Below, piece by piece: positions 25,077 through 30,392 of a stretch of 30,392 nucleotides of DNA. The notes under the pieces were generated by a model, which was given only the letters and a program-made list of their open reading frames with translations, was not told where the DNA came from and did not search any database. This DNA is from a virus (Duplodnaviria; Caudoviricetes), in IMG/VR virus record IMGVR_UViG_3300048851_000176, positions 1 to 30,392 of that record. The stretch is one strand, 5' to 3'. The translations under genes and the position numbers were made by a program. The stretch's first letter is position 1. Each line of letters starts with the position of its first letter.

Positions 25077-26876
25077 ATGACGGTTTCCAACAGCATCCGC
25101 CGTTCCGGCCCCTATCTTGGCAACGGCGTCTCGGCCGACTTTGCCTATGAGTTCCGCATCCTCGACGCTGCCCACCTGCGCGTGGTGCTGCGCGCCGCCG
25201 ACGGCGCCGAGACGACATTGGCGCCAGGCACGGACTATACCGTCTCAGCCGTGGGCGCCGACGGCGGCGGCAACGTCACCCTGACAACGGCGCCGGCATC
25301 AGGCGAAACCGTCACCATCATCCGCAACATGCCACTCACCCAGGGCATCGACCTGGAGAACCAGGGTGAATACTACGCAGAAACCGTGGAGGAGGGCCTG
25401 GATGCAACCGTCATGGCCATCCAGCAGCTGCGCGAGGAACTCGACCGCTCGGTGAAGGTGCCGGTGTCGGGCGACGTGGCGGAGGTGGATGAACTCATGG
25501 CCAACGTGCGGACAATCGCGGCCATGGCCGATGATGTGGAGGCGGTGGCGGGGGACCTTGGCGCGGTGGAAACGCTGGCTGGCGCCATCGCGGACGTGGA
25601 GGCCGTTGCGGCCAGCATATCGGCCGTGGCGGCCGTGGCGGCGAACACCGTCCCCGTCGCCACCGTAGCCGCACATTCCGCCGAGGTCGCGGCATTAGCG
25701 GAAGAGATCGGCTCCGTCGTCCTGGCGGCCGCGAAGATAGCGGCCATCGAAGCCGCCCCTGCGGCTGCTCAGGCGGCTGTCAGTTCGGCGGCATTGGTTG
25801 AGGCGACTGTCGATGCGGCACGTCTTGGATCTGTGCCGTTAGGCGCTTTGATCTGGATGACCACGCCCGTGGCGCCTCCGGGCTATCTCTTCGCAGATGG
25901 CAGCGGCGTCACCCCTGTCTATCCACAGCTCCGCCAGTTCTATCTCAATGCAGGAGCGCCGCATGGGGTGGACAGCAGCGGCAACCCACGCCTTCCGAAC
26001 ATCGCCCGCCGCTTTGTCCGGGGCCATGACACGGCAACGGGTCGCGCGTTCGGCTCCTATCAGGCAGACGCATTCCAGGGCCACGGGCTTGGGGATGGGC
26101 AGGGGAGGCGAGCGTGGGTCGCAGATGAAAGCCAGTATCCCTATCCCACCACGCTTGAAGGCTGGTCACGAATTGCTGCAGGAACAGATGCAACGACAGC
26201 AGGCGGAGCATCCCTCAAGGCCAGACTCCTACAGCCGATGTCGAACGGCACGCACGGCACCCCGCGGGTTGCTGACGAGACACGACCGGAGAACATCACA
26301 CTCTATCCCTGCATCAAGGCGGCCGATGGCATCGACAACCCCGGTTTGATTGATAGCAACGGGCTGGTTGCTCAGGTCGCGGCTCTTGAACAGAAACTTT
26401 CCATCAGCCAGCAGATTTTCCATGCACAGGACCGCAGACCCGCGGGAGTGCACGGAGGAGATTTCACCGCAGGCGCCTGGCGGGTAAGACCATTGAATAC
26501 CGTTCTACAGAACGGCGTCACTGAAGCTGAAATCGCGAGCAACCAAATATTTCTTCCCTCCGGCAGGTACCATATCGAGATTCAGGCTTGCGCCTATGCC
26601 GTTTCTGCTCATCAGGCCCGGCTATATAATATCACCGATGGAGTAGCAGTGCTCACGGGCCTCTCCAATTACAGTGAAAACTCCGGAACATCAGGTGTCA
26701 ACATAGGCGACTCCGCGCCAGCAAATGTACGGGGAGTTGTGACACTCACTTCTTCAAAAGTATTCGAAATCCAACACCGATGCTCATCAACACGGACGAT
26801 GTATGGCTTCGGAACGTCCACGATATCATTCGGTACCGACAATGTTTACTGCGATGTCATGATTAGAAGCATATAG
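25077..26876 (+). CDS. Tail fibre protein
   Basis: T7 gp17-like N-terminus (YLGNGVSADFAYEFRI...LTQGIDLENQG...LDATVMAIQQL), 10-residue V..VA repeats, collar-like VPLGALIW...GYLFADG...LPNIARRFVRG and ETRPENI, variable C-terminal domain. Confidence 0.9.
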   Translation: MTVSNSIRRSGPYLGNGVSADFAYEFRILDAAHLRVVLRAADGAETTLAPGTDYTVSAVGADGGGNVTLTTAPASGETVTIIRNMPLTQGIDLENQGEYYAETVEEGLDATVMAIQQLREELDRSVKVPVSGDVAEVDELMANVRTIAAMADDVEAVAGDLGAVETLAGAIADVEAVAASISAVAAVAANTVPVATVAAHSAEVAALAEEIGSVVLAAAKIAAIEAAPAAAQAAVSSAALVEATVDAARLGSVPLGALIWMTTPVAPPGYLFADGSGVTPVYPQLRQFYLNAGAPHGVDSSGNPRLPNIARRFVRGHDTATGRAFGSYQADAFQGHGLGDGQGRRAWVADESQYPYPTTLEGWSRIAAGTDATTAGGASLKARLLQPMSNGTHGTPRVADETRPENITLYPCIKAADGIDNPGLIDSNGLVAQVAALEQKLSISQQIFHAQDRRPAGVHGGDFTAGAWRVRPLNTVLQNGVTEAEIASNQIFLPSGRYHIEIQACAYAVSAHQARLYNITDGVAVLTGLSNYSENSGTSGVNIGDSAPANVRGVVTLTSSKVFEIQHRCSSTRTMYGFGTSTISFGTDNVYCDVMIRSI

Positions 26877-26878
26877 CT

Positions 26879-27289
26879 TTAGGCCTGCCTCACTAGCTTC
26901 ATACCCATCCAACGCCCGGTTGCCTCACCGTCCGCTTGAAATCCGTGACGCTGATAGAACGTGACTGCTCCGCGGCTGTCTTTGGGTACCTTTAGCGTGA
27001 AAATTCGATCCTGCACGCGAGCCTTGATCTCCTCGATGAACGCTGAGCCTACCGCGGTTCCTCTGGCGTTCGGCGCAACAGCGAGGAGATGTAAGTGCAC
27101 GTGCTCGATGTCCCGCCGGGACATGATCGCTACTCCTTTATCTGAGACAAAAGAGAGTATCCACTTATCCGGCAGCTCATGGAGAAATTGCTCCTCGGTC
27201 CATGGTGGCCAATCGTCCATGTCGGCTGTCAGCGACAGCAGGAACGGCATCCGTGCGATCGCGAGCTCTCGTGTCAAATCCTGAAACAT
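26879..27289 (-). CDS. GNAT family N-acetyltransferase (moron)
   Basis: LLAVAPNARGTAVG acetyl-CoA motif A and AVTFYQRHGF motif B; GGAG RBS; opposite strand, lower GC. Confidence 0.85.
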   Translation of the reverse strand: MFQDLTRELAIARMPFLLSLTADMDDWPPWTEEQFLHELPDKWILSFVSDKGVAIMSRRDIEHVHLHLLAVAPNARGTAVGSAFIEEIKARVQDRIFTLKVPKDSRGAVTFYQRHGFQADGEATGRWMGMKLVRQA

Positions 27290-27344
27290 GGCTCCAAACT
27301 AATCACATCTAGGTCCGCAAGTCAGGCTTACTGAGAGCCACCCC

Positions 27345-27563
27345 ATGCACCTCATCCCCAACTGGCGGGCCGTCATCCGACGTGCCTGGTCGATCCGTCT
27401 TGTGCTCCTGGCAGCCGTGCTGTCGGGGCTTGAGGTGGTACTGCCCCTGCTCGACCTCGACGTCCTGCCGCCCGAGCTTTTGGCCGGGCTCACCTTTGCC
27501 GTCACCGCGGGTGCCTTTGTCGCGCGGCTGGTCGCTCAATCCTCGCTTTCCGGAGACATCTGA
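27345..27563 (+). CDS. Putative holin (2 TM)
   Basis: LIPNWRAVIRRAWSIRL...ARLVAQ small 2-TM protein overlapping the endolysin start (TGATG). Confidence 0.7.
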   Translation: MHLIPNWRAVIRRAWSIRLVLLAAVLSGLEVVLPLLDLDVLPPELLAGLTFAVTAGAFVARLVAQSSLSGDI

Positions 27564-28036
27564 TGAAACAGCCAAGCCGCGCCAGGATCGGCGCCGCGGC
27601 GGCCTTTACTGCCGCCATGGTTGCCTTTGTGGGCGCCTGGGAAGGTCTGTCGCTGACAGCCTATCCCGATGTGATCGGCGTCTGGACCGTCTGCTACGGC
27701 GAGACAAAGGACGTGCGCCGCGGGCAGCGCTTCAGCAAGGGTGATTGCGATGCCCAGCTGGTGAAAAGCCTTGCTACCCACGAGACGGGCATGCTGCGCT
27801 GCCTCACGCGCCCCCTGCCCGACCCTGTCCACGGCGCCTTCCTGTCCCTGACGTACAACATCGGCGTCGGCGCCTTCTGCCGCTCCACCGCTGCGCGCCT
27901 TGCCAATGCCGGCGACTTCAAGGGCGCTTGCGCTGCCCTGAAAAGGTTCAACCGCGCCGGCGGGGTGGTCTGGAAGGGCCTCGTCAACCGCCGCGCGGCC
28001 GAATACGAGCTGTGCATGACGGGGGCAAAGGCATGA
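27563..28036 (+). CDS. GH24 lysozyme, probable SAR endolysin
   Basis: Ala-rich weakly hydrophobic N-terminus; E-x8-D-x5-T triad (WEGLSLTAYPDVIGVWT), YNIGVGAFCRST, GLVNRRAAE. Confidence 0.92.
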   Translation: MKQPSRARIGAAAAFTAAMVAFVGAWEGLSLTAYPDVIGVWTVCYGETKDVRRGQRFSKGDCDAQLVKSLATHETGMLRCLTRPLPDPVHGAFLSLTYNIGVGAFCRSTAARLANAGDFKGACAALKRFNRAGGVVWKGLVNRRAAEYELCMTGAKA

Positions 28037-28455
28037 TCGCGGCCCTTTCTTCCCTCGCGCTTGTTGTTCCCCTTCTCGCCCTGGCCGCTGCCGGGGCGCT
28101 TTTCCTTTATGGCCGCCTTTGCGGAGGACCGGCACGTGCGCTGGCCTCCGCCGGCGCCTTCGCACTCGTCCTCTGGGCGAGCTTTGCGCTCGGCAAGATC
28201 CACGAGCGCAAGCGAGGTCTCGCCCACAGCCTGCGCGTCGAACTTGCCGCGGCACAGGCCGACATCGCCGCCGCGCGCCGCCTCAACAGCCATACCCTCA
28301 AACGCATGGCCGAGGCCGAAAGCTTGGCCACCCTCAATGCGGAGAAGATCGATGCCTTTGCCCAAGACCTTGCCCAGCGCCCGGGTGCTCACTGCCTGCT
28401 TGATGATGCCGATGCTCGCCGCCTGCGCCAGTTCGGCGAGCCCGCGCAGCCTTGA
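28033..28455 (+). CDS. Inner-membrane spanin (Rz-like)
   Basis: ATGA overlap with endolysin; N-terminal TM region, coiled coil, C-terminal CLLDDADARRL. Confidence 0.75.
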   Translation: MIAALSSLALVVPLLALAAAGALFLYGRLCGGPARALASAGAFALVLWASFALGKIHERKRGLAHSLRVELAAAQADIAAARRLNSHTLKRMAEAESLATLNAEKIDAFAQDLAQRPGAHCLLDDADARRLRQFGEPAQP

Positions 28456-28642
28456 GCGGCGCCTGCCCGACCCGCCGGTCGACTGCGGGCCAAAGGCCCT
28501 GCCGCCGGTGCGCGCGGGAATGAACGCCGTGGTGGTGGCGGCCGAGCAACGCGGCGCCGCGGCCGCGCTCAATACACGCCTTGCCGGTTGCCGCGAGGCC
28601 TGGTGGCAGATGCAGGCGGCCTATGCCGGCGCCCCATCATGA
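28352..28642 (+). CDS. Outer-membrane spanin lipoprotein (Rz1-like)
   Basis: Overlaps Rz in another frame; GGAG RBS; lipobox LAAC; Pro-rich LPDPPVDC. Confidence 0.72.
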   Translation: MPLPKTLPSARVLTACLMMPMLAACASSASPRSLERRLPDPPVDCGPKALPPVRAGMNAVVVAAEQRGAAAALNTRLAGCREAWWQMQAAYAGAPS

Positions 28643-28653
28643 CAGGAGTGAAC

Positions 28654-29160
28654 ATGGCCCACCGCAGCAGCCGCGGCGACACGCCGGCGGACCCGCGCTA
28701 CGCGGCGCTGGAACAGCGCGTCTATGGCGTCGAGCAGACCCTCCAGGGCATCTCATCGCAGATCACCGGCCTTGCCACCAAATGGGACGAGCGCGGGCGC
28801 ACGCAGTGGCCCACCATCTTCTCGGCCATGGGGGTGCTGCTGGCGGTCCTCGTCACCATCGGCGGCATGGCCTGGCTGCCCATCAAACAGGCGCAGGAGC
28901 GCTCGGACAGGGACATCGCCATGCTGCGGACGGAATCGGTCTCCGTTGCGGCCTTCCAGGATTTCCGCTCGACCTACGAGAACAACCGCGTCGTCTCGCG
29001 GCAGGACAACGACGTGAAGTTCCGGCGCATCGAGGATGACGTGAAGAGCCTGCAGTCACAGATGCTGCTGCGTGCCGACGCAAGCCGCGCCGAGGCCGAC
29101 ATCCAGCGCCAGATCGACGAGTTGCGCGGGCAGATCGTGCAGCTGCGACAGGCGCGGTGA
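28654..29160 (+). CDS. Single-TM coiled-coil phage protein, end of lysis cluster
   Basis: AGGAG RBS; coiled coil, TM IFSAMGVLLAVLVTIGGMAWL, second coiled coil. Confidence 0.72.
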   Translation: MAHRSSRGDTPADPRYAALEQRVYGVEQTLQGISSQITGLATKWDERGRTQWPTIFSAMGVLLAVLVTIGGMAWLPIKQAQERSDRDIAMLRTESVSVAAFQDFRSTYENNRVVSRQDNDVKFRRIEDDVKSLQSQMLLRADASRAEADIQRQIDELRGQIVQLRQAR

Positions 29161-29189
29161 TGGCTACCGGCCAGTGCCGCGGCTATACG

Positions 29190-30392
29190 TCAGGAGCCGC
29201 CTGCGGCAGGCGCTGTTGTGTTGGCACCCGATAGACCAAGCTGGCGCACCACCTCATCAGCCACAAGATCGGCGCCTTCCACCGAGAGGTGATCATCATC
29301 CGCGTAAAGGATGCGGTCACCTATGTTGAGGGCGCATCGGGCTGGCGTAAAGGCGCCGCAAAAGATCTTGTCGGTCCTGACCCGGCGCAGGTCCGGCCCG
29401 TGAAGGCTGTCGAACAAGGCAATGATGCGCTGGTTGCGCTGGCGGTAGAGTGCTTCGGCCACCGTGAGGTCGCGCCGCTCGCCACGCCGCTCCAGCTTGA
29501 CCAGCGTGTCCGGCACCACCCACCCCGCTTCGGGCACGGGATAGACCAGCACGACCTCTTTCCCCTGCCTCCTGAGCTGCGCAATGCCCCCGCCGATGGC
29601 ACCAAGGACTGCCGCCTTCTCGTCCTCGCTACGCCCGACATAGCTTTCACCCAGGCGCTCCACGGCGCCTTCCCCGTTGTCAAAGGCGGTGTTCTCGATG
29701 CGCAGCGTGTGCCGCCCAGCCAGGATCACCGTCTTGATGGCGGGCGAGGCCAGGATCCGGTTGCGCTCGGCAAGCGTCGCGTTGAGCTGGTCGCTCAAGG
29801 CATAAAACCGCGGAAAGCGGCTGACGTACATGTCGCCGCCGGCGAGCACCATGATCGAAACGCCGGTGTTTTGCAGGCGGACATCAAGGCTGCGCGAAAG
29901 CGCGGCAGCGTGGCTGTCGCCAACGAGTGCGATGGTCGGCGCCACGCGCCTGTCGCCGACGATGCAGACAGCGCCGCAGTCTTCTCCCGCTAAATTGACA
30001 TAACCGGTATCAACTTTGGCGGCAGCGGCAGTCAGTGGCATGCGGCCGGGGAATCCTCTCGCGGCATGGCCGGTGATGCCGGCCGCGATAAGGAGCACAG
30101 AAAGGCTTGCTGTCGTCAGGATCAAGGGACGACGCGGCACCAGCGATGCGCGGAAGGGCTGCTCAATCCAGCGGTACGAGGCTGCGGCAAGAAGGATCGC
30201 CGCAGCCATCAGCGCGAGGTAGGTCTGTTGCTGCACGTCATCCACGGCGTGGATGCGGGCAAAGGCAAACAGCGGTTGGTGCCAGAGGTAGAGTGAGTAG
30301 GAGATGAGGCCCAGGGCCACCACGGGCCGGGCCGACAGGAGCAACGTGCCAATGTCACCACCGCCCGCGCACCAGATCAGGAGCATCGCGGC
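29190..30392 (-). CDS. Acyltransferase-3/SGNH fusion (OafA-type O-acetyltransferase), 5' end outside window
   Basis: LGLISYSLYLWHQP and SYRWIEQPFR AT3 motifs; SGNH LVGDSHA and DDDH(LS). Confidence 0.9.
   Translation of the reverse strand, partial: AAMLLIWCAGGGDIGTLLLSARPVVALGLISYSLYLWHQPLFAFARIHAVDDVQQQTYLALMAAAILLAAASYRWIEQPFRASLVPRRPLILTTASLSVLLIAAGITGHAARGFPGRMPLTAAAAKVDTGYVNLAGEDCGAVCIVGDRRVAPTIALVGDSHAAALSRSLDVRLQNTGVSIMVLAGGDMYVSRFPRFYALSDQLNATLAERNRILASPAIKTVILAGRHTLRIENTAFDNGEGAVERLGESYVGRSEDEKAAVLGAIGGGIAQLRRQGKEVVLVYPVPEAGWVVPDTLVKLERRGERRDLTVAEALYRQRNQRIIALFDSLHGPDLRRVRTDKIFCGAFTPARCALNIGDRILYADDDHLSVEGADLVADEVVRQLGLSGANTTAPAAGGS

Larger units (their letters stand above)
1..29160 (+). 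mobile_element. Prophage (or phage-derived element) late region, BPP-1/T7-like podovirus organisation: packaging, head, tail, ejection, fibre, lysis
   Basis: Co-oriented, often stop/start-coupled run terS-terL-portal-scaffold-MCP-tail tubes-internal proteins-fibre-lysis. Left end and att sites are not visible. Confidence 0.92.

Noticed and set aside
25077-27340. BPP-1-style diversity-generating retroelement acting on the tail fibre
   Set aside because: No reverse transcriptase, avd or TR/VR repeat pair with adenine-specific mismatches seen in the window.

Overview
GC-rich, alphaproteobacterial-looking DNA carrying the complete late region of a BPP-1/T7-type podovirus-like prophage on the + strand. 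Gene order: terS, terL, two small MC...KTLLG virion proteins, portal, Bbp19-like, scaffold, major capsid, Bbp16-like cement, tail tubular A/B, internal (ejection) proteins, tail fibre, holin, SAR endolysin and Rz/Rz1. A truncated OafA-type acyltransferase-SGNH gene follows on the - strand. No integrase, repressor or replication genes lie in the window. The operon is heavily interrupted. (i) A family of 32-nt CGTC-tagged REP palindromes with co-varying stems occurs at three intergenic sites; one cluster encloses a small GIY-YIG nuclease between 46-bp direct repeats. (ii) An AbrB-Doc toxin-antitoxin pair with a clear operator, a Cas2-like ORF and an orphan gene lie between capsid and tail genes. 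(iii) Three exported/membrane genes carrying five copies of one unrecognised ~140-aa two-Cys domain are inserted among remodelled ejection-protein genes (dead M15-like peptidase domain, split giant gene, low-GC swapped segment). The best candidates for undescribed systems are the GIY-YIG/REP cassette and the five-domain array next to the variable ejection protein. All family calls come from motif recognition by eye, not database searches.
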